The notes beneath the pieces were generated by a model. That model had not been told where the DNA came from, searched no databases, and worked only from the letters and a program-made list of their open reading frames with translations. This document shows, one piece after another, positions 9,186-18,591 of a stretch of 43,032 nt of DNA (its first letter is position 1; every line of letters begins with the position of its first letter). The DNA lies in assembly GCA_046757205.1 (NCBI GenBank), contig JBHHXR010000001.1, forward strand, positions 1-43,032, given 5' to 3'. Origin of the DNA: Paracoccaceae bacterium. Its GTDB lineage: Bacteria > Pseudomonadota > Alphaproteobacteria > Rhodobacterales > Rhodobacteraceae. A program made the position numbers and the translations under genes.

Positions 9186-10504
9186 CTGCAGGTTTCATGG
9201 GCCGGTTTGAAGACAAGCACTTTCGATGGATCGGATATCTTTCGATAGGCCTGGTTCTGCTCTTTTGCGGGGCGGCGTTCTTTCTGCTGAACCGGGGAAT
9301 GTACTGGGATTTCGCCAACTACTACGATGCCGGCCAGAAGGTATTGGCGGGGCAATTCAACGATCTGTACGATCCGTTCGCGAAGATCGACGGCCAGCCG
9401 CCGCTCAGCAACATGAGCTTTCTCAGTGCGCCATTGACCAGCGTCCTGTACGCGCCGCTGGCACTACTTGAGCCGGCTTCGGCGCTTGTCGCCTTCAAGG
9501 TTCAGAGCGCGGTCTGCTATCTTGTCGGGCTTTCGATCCTGTACTTTCACTTGCGCAGGTTCGTGTCCGGTGCCCCATCTTCGATGGCAAGGTTCTTCGC
9601 ATGTTTCTGGACCGCCGCGCTGGTCTTCCAGCCGTTCTGGACGGTGTACGTTGTCGGCGGTCAGGTGACGCCTTTTGTGTTCATGCTGTTTGTCGTTGCA
9701 CTAGTTCAGATCACCAGGGACAAGATGATTGCGGCCGGCGCGATCTGGATACTGTGCGTCGCCATCAAGCCGGCGTTCGCACCGGGGCTGGTGTTTCTGT
9801 TCGTTGTGCTCGACAACCGGTTTCGAGCGTCGGTCCTGGCATTCGGTTCCGCGGCGGTTCTTGTTTCGCTGGGGGTTTTCGGCGTCGAGCCTCACCTTGT
9901 GCTGGTGGCGCGCGTGCTCGAAGAATCCCGAAATCTGAACCCGGCCTACTTCAACAGCAACATGTTCGCCTGGTTGGAGCCGCTCTGGCTGTCGGGCGAA
10001 GAACTCAACAATCTGGATTTTGCGCCGCCGGGCCTGAAATTGGTGTCCACGACACTGCGACTGGCGGTGATCGCCGGTCTGGTCCTGGTCTATTACCGGA
10101 TTCGGAAGTCAGCCCCGTCGCCGCGGGCCGGACGCCACGTATCGGTGGTCTTCGCCCTGGTGACACCGCTGGTTCTTACACCGATTGCGTGGGCGCATTA
10201 CCTGTCGGTGCTTTTCATCCCGCTGATGTATGTGCTGGCCGACGAGAATAGTTTCTCCCGTTCGGCCCGGGTGCTGGTCGCTATTATCGTGGCCGTTTCG
10301 CTCTTTCAGAACCTGTTGTTGTGGCAGATATACATTCATTTCTTCGAGGTTGTTACCAAAGGCGAATATCTTGCGGCCGGCCTTGTTCGGAGCCTGCCCA
10401 TGCTTCTTACTGTCGCGCTTCTGTTCGTCTGGGCGCCGGCGTTTCAAAGAAGTTACGGCAGTTCCGCCTGGCGAACGAGAGACGGGGAAAGCGGCGATCC
10501 ATGA
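9182..10504 (+). CDS. Polytopic membrane protein, GT87/DUF2029-like (GT-C-type mannosyltransferase-like)
   Basis: 440 aa with more than 10 TM helices. The first-loop motif YWDFANYYDAGQKVLAGQFNDLYDP resembles the DUF2029/PimE-type signature. Confidence 0.6.
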   Translation: MTAGFMGRFEDKHFRWIGYLSIGLVLLFCGAAFFLLNRGMYWDFANYYDAGQKVLAGQFNDLYDPFAKIDGQPPLSNMSFLSAPLTSVLYAPLALLEPASALVAFKVQSAVCYLVGLSILYFHLRRFVSGAPSSMARFFACFWTAALVFQPFWTVYVVGGQVTPFVFMLFVVALVQITRDKMIAAGAIWILCVAIKPAFAPGLVFLFVVLDNRFRASVLAFGSAAVLVSLGVFGVEPHLVLVARVLEESRNLNPAYFNSNMFAWLEPLWLSGEELNNLDFAPPGLKLVSTTLRLAVIAGLVLVYYRIRKSAPSPRAGRHVSVVFALVTPLVLTPIAWAHYLSVLFIPLMYVLADENSFSRSARVLVAIIVAVSLFQNLLLWQIYIHFFEVVTKGEYLAAGLVRSLPMLLTVALLFVWAPAFQRSYGSSAWRTRDGESGDP

Positions 10505-10713
10505 ACCACACCCAAGCGGAAAACGCCAACGCTGCCGCGAGAACGTAGAGGAAAAAGTAGCAAGGTGGCATGATGCAGGAACGATCAGGCAATATTGAAG
10601 AGTTCAAGGCCGTCAAACTATTGCCGAAATTTGGGCAGAGTGGAATGTCAGGTAGATGACTGGATCGATGCTGAAGTGGAAGTTGTGATGCCGGTCTGTA
10701 CAGGAACACCGCA

Positions 10714-11721
10714 ATGATCGATCCGACGGCCAAGAGGGTTCTCGTTACCGGCGGCGCCGGGTTTCTCGGCAGCCATCTGTGCGACCGTCTGGTGGCAGAG
10801 GGCCACGAGGTTCTGTGCCTTGACAACTATTTCACCGGCAGGCGCGCGAATGTCGCCCATCTGATGACCGAGGCGAATTTCGAACTCATCCGCCACGATG
10901 TGACCTTTCCGCTCTATGTGGAAGTCGACGAAATCTACAATCTGGCCTGTCCGGCGTCGCCGGTGCACTACCAGTACGATCCGGTCCAGACCACCAAGAC
11001 GTCCGTTCACGGCGCGATAAACATGCTCGGGCTGGCCAAGCGAACGGGCGCGAAAATCCTCCAGGCCTCGACGTCGGAGGTCTACGGCGATCCTGAAATT
11101 CATCCGCAGACCGAGGATTACTGGGGCAACGTGAATCCGGTCGGCCCGCGATCCTGCTACGACGAGGGGAAACGTTGCGCGGAGACGCTGTTTTTCGATT
11201 ATTACCGTCAGCACGCGCTGCCGATAAAAGTGGCGAGGATCTTCAACACCTATGGCCCGAGGATGCACCCCGACGACGGCAGGGTCGTTTCCAATTTCGT
11301 AATGCAGGCGCTGCGCGGCGAGCCGATCACGATTTTCGGCGACGGGTCGCAGACGCGCAGTTTCTGTTACGTGGACGATCTGATCGACGGGTTGGTCCGG
11401 CTGATGGAGGCGCCGGGGGAAGTAACCGGGCCGATAAACATCGGAAATCCCACGGAACTGACGATCCTCGGGTTGGCGCGGAAGGTCATAGAGATGACCG
11501 GATCGGCTTCGCAGATCATCAACGAGGCCCTGCCGCAGGATGATCCGGTGCGCCGGAAACCCGACATAGCGCGGGCGCGCGAATTGTTGGGTTGGGAACC
11601 GAAGGTGACGCTCGACGAGGGACTGGAGCCGACAATATCGTATTTTTCGCGGATCGCCGGGAAGTCGGGACCGGTCGGTGTCGCTTCGGACGCGGTCGAC
11701 GTAACGAAGTTGGGGCCATGA
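10714..11721 (+). CDS. uxs: UDP-glucuronate decarboxylase (UDP-xylose synthase)
   Basis: Near-canonical UXS sequence: [16 protein letters not shown]...[12 protein letters not shown]...[29 protein letters not shown]...[37 protein letters not shown]...[26 protein letters not shown] lies 7 nt upstream of the ATG. Confidence 0.93.
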   Translation: MIDPTAKRVLVTGGAGFLGSHLCDRLVAEGHEVLCLDNYFTGRRANVAHLMTEANFELIRHDVTFPLYVEVDEIYNLACPASPVHYQYDPVQTTKTSVHGAINMLGLAKRTGAKILQASTSEVYGDPEIHPQTEDYWGNVNPVGPRSCYDEGKRCAETLFFDYYRQHALPIKVARIFNTYGPRMHPDDGRVVSNFVMQALRGEPITIFGDGSQTRSFCYVDDLIDGLVRLMEAPGEVTGPINIGNPTELTILGLARKVIEMTGSASQIINEALPQDDPVRRKPDIARARELLGWEPKVTLDEGLEPTISYFSRIAGKSGPVGVASDAVDVTKLGP

Positions 11722-13262
11722 CATCGGTGTTTGCAAGCCCCCGCGAGAACGGCGTTTGGGGGCAGTTGTGGTATGGAGAATCCGTCTGGTCGGCGGGTCT
11801 GTGGTACCTGTTTTCCGTGGCGTGCCTGCTGTGGGTGTTCCTGGCCAACGGTGTGCCGCTTTATTACTTCGATACCGGCGGATACCTGCTTCAGGGCGAG
11901 CGGTTCCTGGACATCGTCGGCCTGATGCCCGATGACGGCGCCGCCGCCACGCAGAGTTCCGCCGCAGGCGGTGCCGGCACCGGGGCGCAGAAAGACAATA
12001 CCGTCCAGGGCGGCCGTTCGCTCATTTACGGAATAACCCTTGCCCTGTTCCACACCTTCATGGGGTTCGCTTCGGTGGTTTTTGCCCAGGCGGCGCTGCT
12101 GGTTGTCGCGGTCTGGCTTTCGGTTCGCGTCCTTCTGAGGGTGCACCCGGGCCACCTTTCGGTGGCGGCGACCACCGGATTGTGCATCTTGGCGGCCAGC
12201 CTCGGTTCCGCAGCTTTCTATACTGCGTTCCTGATGCCGGACATTTTCGCGCCGATACAGTTGCTGATGCTGGCGGCTCTGATGACGCTTCTGCCCGGCA
12301 TGCGCTGGTGGGAAACTGCCCTGGCTTTCATCCTGGCGTCGACATCTGTCGTGATGCATCCGTCGCACCTGCTGATCGCGCTGGTATTGGTGCCCGTGGC
12401 GCCGCTTGCGGCCTTTCTATCGGGTTCCCGGCGGGTGGTTCTGTCGAGCGCGCTGGTTGCCGCCGTCGCGCTGATCGGCGTGACCGAACGGTTTGCCTTC
12501 GTCGTGGCAACGGAAACGGTGACCGACTCCGAAGTGGTTTACCGGCCTTTCATCACGGCGCGTCTCATCGTGGACGGGCCGGGCCTGGAATATCTCGACG
12601 ACGTGTGCCCGCAGGCCGGGCTGGCGACCTGCGAGTTGCGAAAGCTACTGGTCCGGCCACGTCAGATCACCGCCTCGCACATAATTTTCGCCCAGTCCGA
12701 GGAACTCGGGTCGTTGAGGCTGCTCCCCGAGGAAACGCAAGAACGGATAACGGAAGAACAGGTAATTCTGTTGCGTGGGGTCCTGATGACCCACCCGATT
12801 TCGTTTGTCCGCTCGGTGGTCGGCAACACGATGACGCAGCTTTTCTTCGTCAACGCCTATGTGACGCTTCCCGATGGCGGCGTGACGGATAGGCTGAGGA
12901 GACTGATACCGGAGGAATCGAAGGAACTCACCGACGCGAGACTGACCTCCAGGATCGGCTGGCTGCCGTGGTTCGCGCTCTTCCAACTGGTCATCTACGG
13001 TCTTTCGCTTGTCACCATCATTGCCGGCGTCTTCCTGAGATCGGTCGGCGCCGGCTGGCCCATCCGCACTTTCGCGGCGACCGTGTTTGTCGGCATCCTG
13101 GCCAATTCGCTGGTTTGCGGCGCCGTCTCGCAACCTTCTGACCGCTACGGTGCGCGGATAGTCTTCCTGCTTCCTGTGCTCGCCATTCTGTTTTTTTCAA
13201 CCAAACGCGCGTCTGACGCGCGGAGCAGTCGGGCCGGACCCACCGGCGAAGGTCTGACATGA
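11718..13262 (+). CDS. Large polytopic membrane protein, possible GT-C-fold glycosyltransferase or polymerase
   Basis: ATG 11718 overlaps the uxs stop (ATGA). It has multiple N-terminal TM helices with the first-loop motif [11 protein letters not shown], a soluble block of about 150 aa, and C-terminal TM helices. There is no confident family match. Confidence 0.6.
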   Translation: MTSVFASPRENGVWGQLWYGESVWSAGLWYLFSVACLLWVFLANGVPLYYFDTGGYLLQGERFLDIVGLMPDDGAAATQSSAAGGAGTGAQKDNTVQGGRSLIYGITLALFHTFMGFASVVFAQAALLVVAVWLSVRVLLRVHPGHLSVAATTGLCILAASLGSAAFYTAFLMPDIFAPIQLLMLAALMTLLPGMRWWETALAFILASTSVVMHPSHLLIALVLVPVAPLAAFLSGSRRVVLSSALVAAVALIGVTERFAFVVATETVTDSEVVYRPFITARLIVDGPGLEYLDDVCPQAGLATCELRKLLVRPRQITASHIIFAQSEELGSLRLLPEETQERITEEQVILLRGVLMTHPISFVRSVVGNTMTQLFFVNAYVTLPDGGVTDRLRRLIPEESKELTDARLTSRIGWLPWFALFQLVIYGLSLVTIIAGVFLRSVGAGWPIRTFAATVFVGILANSLVCGAVSQPSDRYGARIVFLLPVLAILFFSTKRASDARSSRAGPTGEGLT

Positions 13263-14287
13263 ACGGCGGAACCAACGAGCACGGCCTCACGATCAGCGTG
13301 ATCATGCCGGCATTCAATGCCTCGGGCCTGCTGACGCAGGTGCTTCCGCCATTGGTCGAGATGCTGCGGGCGGGCGAGGTCTGCGAGGTGCTCCTGGTCG
13401 ACGACTGTTCGACCGATGACACCGTCGAGAGGGCGCGGGAACTTGGCGCCTCGGTGCTCGAAATGCCGAGGAACGGCGGGCCGGGCGCGGCGCGGAACCT
13501 CGCCGCGCAGAAAGCCGCCGGGGATATTCTGTGGTTTGTCGATTCCGATGTCGTCGCCTGGGCCGGTGGCGCCAAGAAGATACGCGAGGCTTTCGAGGAC
13601 CCGACGGTGGACGCCGTTTTCGGCTCCTATGATGAAACTCCCTCGGGAACACCGTGGATCAGCCGGTACAAGAACCTCGTGCACCGTTACTATCACCAGC
13701 GCGGCAACCGCGAAGCATCGACTTTCTGGGCCGGATGCGGCGCCGTGAGGAAATCCGCCTTCCTGTCAGCGGGCGGCTTTGACGTGGTCAGGTACACGAT
13801 GCCCTCGATCGAGGATATCGAACTGGGTTACCGGCTGCGGGATCGCGGGGGCCGGATTCTGCTCCTGCCCGACCTTCTGGCGAAGCACCTCAAGGTGTGG
13901 ACCTTCGGTAACGTCATTCACACCGACATCTTTCGCCGGGCGATACCGTGGTCGCGGCTGATGATCGCCAACCGGTCGGTTACCGACGATCTCAATACCA
14001 GCCGTGACGAGCGGGTGAGGGCCGTGATGGCCGCCGCATTGCTGATCTGCCTTCTGATCGTGCCGTTCGTGCCGGGTATCTGGCCGCTGGTTGTCGCGGC
14101 GCTGGTTGCCGTGTTCGTACTGAACCGGTCGTTCTTCCTGTTCATGCTGCAAAACGGTGGCCGCAGATTCGCGATGACCGCCGTTCTGTTCCACCAGCTC
14201 TACTATTTCTACAGCTCCGCCGCGTTCGTGTTTTGTCTGGCCGAGGCCGCGATTATGGGCAGAAAGACACAGTCGGATCCGGGTTGA
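13259..14287 (+). CDS. Glycosyltransferase family 2 with C-terminal TM helices
   Basis: Contains ISVIMPAFNASGLL...LLVDDCSTDDT...NGGPGAARN...FVDSDV (GT-A DxD). ATGA overlap with the upstream gene. Confidence 0.85.
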   Translation: MNGGTNEHGLTISVIMPAFNASGLLTQVLPPLVEMLRAGEVCEVLLVDDCSTDDTVERARELGASVLEMPRNGGPGAARNLAAQKAAGDILWFVDSDVVAWAGGAKKIREAFEDPTVDAVFGSYDETPSGTPWISRYKNLVHRYYHQRGNREASTFWAGCGAVRKSAFLSAGGFDVVRYTMPSIEDIELGYRLRDRGGRILLLPDLLAKHLKVWTFGNVIHTDIFRRAIPWSRLMIANRSVTDDLNTSRDERVRAVMAAALLICLLIVPFVPGIWPLVVAALVAVFVLNRSFFLFMLQNGGRRFAMTAVLFHQLYYFYSSAAFVFCLAEAAIMGRKTQSDPG

Positions 14288-14383
14288 TGGGTAGAGCTTT
14301 CGGAGAATGTCATGGCGTGGTAAACACGGAAGCGTTGACGGCGTTTGGAAAATTCGTTTGTGAACAAGATATTAGGTGAGACA

Positions 14384-15307
14384 ATGGATGCATCGGTCGA
14401 ACTTGTGGGCACTGACCCGGCGCAACGGTCGGAACTCATGGCCAGGCTGGAGGGTCTTAGCCTGAGTGTGGTGGTGCCGGCGTACAACGAGGAAGGTTCG
14501 GTACGCGGGACGGTCGAGGAAATCCGGCAGGCGCTGGACGCGACCCCGGTCGAATACGAAATCATCGTCGTCGACGACGGATCCTCCGACAACACCAGGG
14601 CCGAAGCGGCCGCGTCGGGCGCGACGGTCAAGGCCAATCAGGTGAACATCGGATACGGCGCCTCCCTGAAACTCGGCATCCGGTCGAGCAGGTACGAATA
14701 CGTCGCCATTCTCGACGCCGACGGCACCTACCCGGCCCGCTACCTTCCGGGGATGCTGGACATGGCGCGGGACGCCGACATGATCGTCGGCGACCGGGGC
14801 GCGTCGATGAAGAACGTTCCGCTGATCCGCAAGCCGGCCAAGTACGTCTTGAACAGTCTCGCGAGTTTTCTGGCGCAGCGAAAGCTGAATGACCTGAACT
14901 CGGGTCTTCGGGTTTTCCGGCGCAGCGAACTGGTGCCGTTCCTGCCGCTGCTGCCCAACACCTTCAGTTTCACCACGACGATCACGCTTTGCATGTCGTG
15001 CAACAACAAGCGGATGTTCTATACGCCCATCGAATACCGCAAGCGTGTCGGCAACTCGAAGATACGGCCGGTCGATTTCATCAATTTCATCGTCCTTGTG
15101 CTGCGCGTCATCACCCTTTTCAATCCGCTGCGCGTGTTCGTTCCGCTGGGCGGGATATTCTTCCTCATGGGCCTGCTGAAGCTTACCTATGACATCACCC
15201 AGTGGAACCTTTCGGAAACCGCGGTATTCGCGTTTCTCGCCTCGATCATGATCTGGTCGCTTGGGCTGATTGCCGACATGATTTCCCGGCTTCACCTGCG
15301 TCCCTGA
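14384..15307 (+). CDS. GT2 polyprenyl-phosphate glycosyltransferase (ArnC/GtrB/Dpm1-like)
   Basis: Contains LSVVVPAYNEEGSV...EIIVVDDGSSDNT...NIGYGASLK..ILDADGTYP and two C-terminal TM helices. ATG 14384 is preceded by AGGTGAG; the listed ORF start at 14345 is TTG. Confidence 0.85.
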   Translation: MDASVELVGTDPAQRSELMARLEGLSLSVVVPAYNEEGSVRGTVEEIRQALDATPVEYEIIVVDDGSSDNTRAEAAASGATVKANQVNIGYGASLKLGIRSSRYEYVAILDADGTYPARYLPGMLDMARDADMIVGDRGASMKNVPLIRKPAKYVLNSLASFLAQRKLNDLNSGLRVFRRSELVPFLPLLPNTFSFTTTITLCMSCNNKRMFYTPIEYRKRVGNSKIRPVDFINFIVLVLRVITLFNPLRVFVPLGGIFFLMGLLKLTYDITQWNLSETAVFAFLASIMIWSLGLIADMISRLHLRP

Positions 15308-15321
15308 GGGCGCGGCGCACG

Positions 15322-16338
15322 ATGGCCGGGATCGCCGCCAACCAAAAACCGGTGCGCCTTCGTGTGACGCGGACGTGGCTGTTCCGGGTCGCCGGTTCGG
15401 TGCTGATCCTCGGGTTCACGTTGTGGTGGCTGCCGACCGGCGAGGTGCTGGCCGGCTTCCGGGCGCTCGACGCGCGGGTTTTCGCGGCCGCTTTCGGGCT
15501 GTTCCTGATCGGTCATCTCGTATCGGCGGCCAAATGGTGGCTGCTGATCGATCGAGGCGTCAGTTTCCGCAGGGCGCTGCGGGCGCATTTCGCCGGGCTC
15601 GCCGCAAATCTTTTCCTTCCCGGCGTCTCGGGCGGCGACGCCGTGCGTGCCGGCGTGTTGTTGCGCACCGTCCGCCGGAGCGACCGTCTGATCGCGGGAT
15701 CGCTGGTCGACCGGCTGATTGACATCGTCGCGCTCGCCATTGTTTCCGGCGGCGGCCTGCTGGCGTTGCGCGGCGGCGGCGGCGGGACAGGTTTCGTTCT
15801 GCTGGTGCAAGTCGCCGCGCTGCTCGCGGCGATACTGTTTTGTGTGTTCATCGTTTTTCCCCGTGCCGTTCCGGCCATCGCGCGCAGGTTGCCGCGCCTT
15901 CCCCTGATCGGCCTGGCGCTGAAACTCGCCGAGGCGTTCGGCTGGCTCGCCGGCAACCCGCTGCGGTTGCTGGCGGCGTTGTCCATGTCGGTCGCGGTAC
16001 AGGCCGGCTTCGTGCCGTTGGCGTTGTGGATCGCCGGGACCATCGGCGCGCTGGCGCCGGCCGCCGCCTGGTTTTTCGCCTGGCCGCTGGCGAAGATCCT
16101 TGCGGTCTTGCCGATAAGCGCCGGCGGTCTGGGCGTGCGGGAGGCCAGCCTGGCCACCATTCTGGCGCAGTTCGGCGCCGTGCCGGCCAGCATCGTGGCC
16201 GCCAGCCTCATCTGGCAGGCCGTGCTGTTCTGTGCGGGACTGCTCGGCGCGGTTTCATGGCTGGTATTCCAGGAGCCTTCGAATGCCTTGGAAAACGGAA
16301 AGACGCCAGTGGCTGAAACAGAGGGTGGAAATTCATGA
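15322..16338 (+). CDS. Second flippase-like / LPG-synthase-TM (UPF0104) family membrane protein
   Basis: Paralogous in architecture to 8041-9048 (HLVSAAKWWLLI, PISAGGLGVREA). ATG 15322 lies 14 nt after the GT2 stop. Confidence 0.65.
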   Translation: MAGIAANQKPVRLRVTRTWLFRVAGSVLILGFTLWWLPTGEVLAGFRALDARVFAAAFGLFLIGHLVSAAKWWLLIDRGVSFRRALRAHFAGLAANLFLPGVSGGDAVRAGVLLRTVRRSDRLIAGSLVDRLIDIVALAIVSGGGLLALRGGGGGTGFVLLVQVAALLAAILFCVFIVFPRAVPAIARRLPRLPLIGLALKLAEAFGWLAGNPLRLLAALSMSVAVQAGFVPLALWIAGTIGALAPAAAWFFAWPLAKILAVLPISAGGLGVREASLATILAQFGAVPASIVAASLIWQAVLFCAGLLGAVSWLVFQEPSNALENGKTPVAETEGGNS

Positions 16339-17777
16339 CCGGGAACGGCGGGCAAGAAGCGGGCACTCGCGTTGCGGTGCTGGGTGCCGGTCCGGCCGGG
16401 GTTGCGGCGGCCTACAGGCTGTCGGAACGCGAGGATGTGGCCGTCAAGGTGTTCGAGCGCGCGCCCGGCCCGGGCGGAAATTCCAGCAGTTTCAAGGTCG
16501 AGGGCGTGTGGTGCGATTTCGGCAGCCACAGGTTCCATCCCGTGGCGGAACCGGAGGTGCTGTCCGCCGTGAAGGAGATCCTCGGCGACGACCTGCTTCT
16601 GCGGCCGCGCCACGGCCGCATCCTTCTGCAACGGCGCTGGATCCATTTCCCGCTGAAGCCGCTGGACGCGATGCGCAGGTTGCCGAAGGGCTTCGCCTTC
16701 TCGCTGATATTCGATTCATTGTTGAAAAGATTCCGGAAAAAGCAAGGTGGGCCGAAAACCTTCGCCTCGGTCCTGCAGGACGGTCTGGGGCCGACCATCG
16801 CGAGGAATTTCTATTTTCCCTACGTGAGAAAGCTGTGGGGCCTGGCGCCGGAGGAACTGGCCGTCACGCTGGCGGAACGGCGGGTGTCGGGCAGTTCGGT
16901 GTCGAAGATCCTGCTCAAGATGCTGCGTCAGCTTCCGGGCCTGCGGTCGCCGACGGCGGGAAGGTTCTTCTATCCGCGCAGGGGTTTCGGGCAGATCACC
17001 TCGGGCATGGCCGAGGCCGCCCGGGCGCGCGGCGCGGATTTCGCCTTCGGCGCCGCGGTCAAACGCGTTGAGCGCGACGGAGACCGGGTGACCGCCGTGG
17101 TGGTCGAGCGCGAGGGGGGCGAACAGCGCCACGCGGCGGAGCATGTCTGGTCGACGATCCCGATCTCGCTGCTGGTGAGCCTGATCGATCCGCCGCCGCC
17201 GCCGGAGGTGCTTGCGGCGGCGAAATCCATCAGAAGCCGGGGGATGATCCTCATCTACCTGGTGCTGGAGACCGACCGGTTCACCGAGTACGACGCGCAT
17301 TATTTTCCCGAACTGGCGGTGCCGATATCGCGGATGTCGGAGCCGAAAAACTACAACGCCACAAGCGATCCCGAGGGCGTCACGGTGCTGTGCGCGGAAC
17401 TGCCGGCGGACCCGGGCGACGAGTACTGGGATCTCTCCGATGAAGAGCTCGGGCGCAGATACTGCGACTGGCTGGGCGCCATGGGCCTGCCCGTCCAGTG
17501 CACAGTGCGGCGCACGGAAACCCGGCGGCTGTCCCATGCCTATCCTGTCTACGATCTGGAGTTCGAGAAGAATTTCAACGTCATGGACGAATGGCTGCGG
17601 GGTATCGACGGGCTGCTGACCTTCGGGCGTCAGGGTCTGTTCGCCCATGACAACACGCATCATGCCTTCGCCATGGCATTCGCGGCGGCCGATTGTCTGA
17701 CCGGCGATGGCGCCTTCGATGCGGTCCGCTGGGCCGCCTGTCGCAAGGATTTCGAGAGCCATGTCGTCGAGGACTGA
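16335..17777 (+). CDS. Second NAD(P)/FAD-dependent oxidoreductase (same family as 6425-8038)
   Basis: Contains VAVLGAGPAGVAAAYRL...GPGGNSSSF..CDFGSHRFHP, parallel to GGGPAG...GGIA..FDIGGHRFF in the first copy. ATGA overlap with the upstream gene. Confidence 0.75.
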   Translation: MTGNGGQEAGTRVAVLGAGPAGVAAAYRLSEREDVAVKVFERAPGPGGNSSSFKVEGVWCDFGSHRFHPVAEPEVLSAVKEILGDDLLLRPRHGRILLQRRWIHFPLKPLDAMRRLPKGFAFSLIFDSLLKRFRKKQGGPKTFASVLQDGLGPTIARNFYFPYVRKLWGLAPEELAVTLAERRVSGSSVSKILLKMLRQLPGLRSPTAGRFFYPRRGFGQITSGMAEAARARGADFAFGAAVKRVERDGDRVTAVVVEREGGEQRHAAEHVWSTIPISLLVSLIDPPPPPEVLAAAKSIRSRGMILIYLVLETDRFTEYDAHYFPELAVPISRMSEPKNYNATSDPEGVTVLCAELPADPGDEYWDLSDEELGRRYCDWLGAMGLPVQCTVRRTETRRLSHAYPVYDLEFEKNFNVMDEWLRGIDGLLTFGRQGLFAHDNTHHAFAMAFAAADCLTGDGAFDAVRWAACRKDFESHVVED

Positions 17778-18549
17778 AACAGGCAACGCATCCGATGTCG
17801 ACATTCTGATGTATCATTCGATTTCGGATGCCGCCGGGCCGACCTCGATTCGCGAACCGGTGTTCCGTGCGCAGATGGCGGCGCTCGCCGATGCCGACGC
17901 CAGCCTGTTGTCGCTCGACGACTTTCTGGCCTGGCATGGCGGCCGGATCGAGGTGAAGGCGCCGGCGGTGGTTCTGACCTTCGACGACGGTTTTGCCGAT
18001 TTTTCAAGCCGCGCCTGGCCGGTGATCCGCGATTTCGGCTGGCCCGTGGCGGTCTTCCTGCCAACGAGCCACGTCGGCTCGGTGGAGGGCTGGAAGGGTA
18101 TCGCGCAGCCGCCCCGCCGGTTGATGTCCTGGGACGAGATTTCCCGACTTGCGGGCGAGGGCGTCGGTTTCGAGGCGCATTCGGCAAGCCACCCCGACCT
18201 CAGACAGCTTGATGACGCCCGCCTCGAGCAGGAAATCGTCGGTTGCATGGAAGTCATCGAACATCGGACCGGAAGAAGACCACGGCATTTCGCGCCGCCC
18301 TACGGGCTTGCCACGGCGGCGACGCGCGCGGCCATCGCGCGGCACTGCGCCTCGTCGTGCGGAACGCGGCTTGACCGGGCGGGACGCGCGAGCGACATCT
18401 ATGACCTGCCCCGGCTGGAAATGCTCTATTTCACCGATATCGGCAGGTGGCGGGCACATCTGGCCGGGCGCGGCGGGGCATATCTCGGGTTCAGGAAAGG
18501 GATGCGGTCCGTGCGCAACGTGGTCTCGAAACCGTGGAACCGAATGTGA
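17761..18549 (+). CDS. Polysaccharide deacetylase (NodB-homology domain)
   Basis: Contains ILMYHSI...VVLTFDDGFADF...FLPT...MSWDEI..L...GVGFEAHSASHPDL, a NodB-type motif series. ATG 17761 overlaps the preceding gene by 17 nt. Confidence 0.8.
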   Translation: MSSRTETGNASDVDILMYHSISDAAGPTSIREPVFRAQMAALADADASLLSLDDFLAWHGGRIEVKAPAVVLTFDDGFADFSSRAWPVIRDFGWPVAVFLPTSHVGSVEGWKGIAQPPRRLMSWDEISRLAGEGVGFEAHSASHPDLRQLDDARLEQEIVGCMEVIEHRTGRRPRHFAPPYGLATAATRAAIARHCASSCGTRLDRAGRASDIYDLPRLEMLYFTDIGRWRAHLAGRGGAYLGFRKGMRSVRNVVSKPWNRM

Positions 18550-18591
18550 TGGCAGTGGAAAGACGCGCCCGCGCGGAAGGATCGCACAGCG

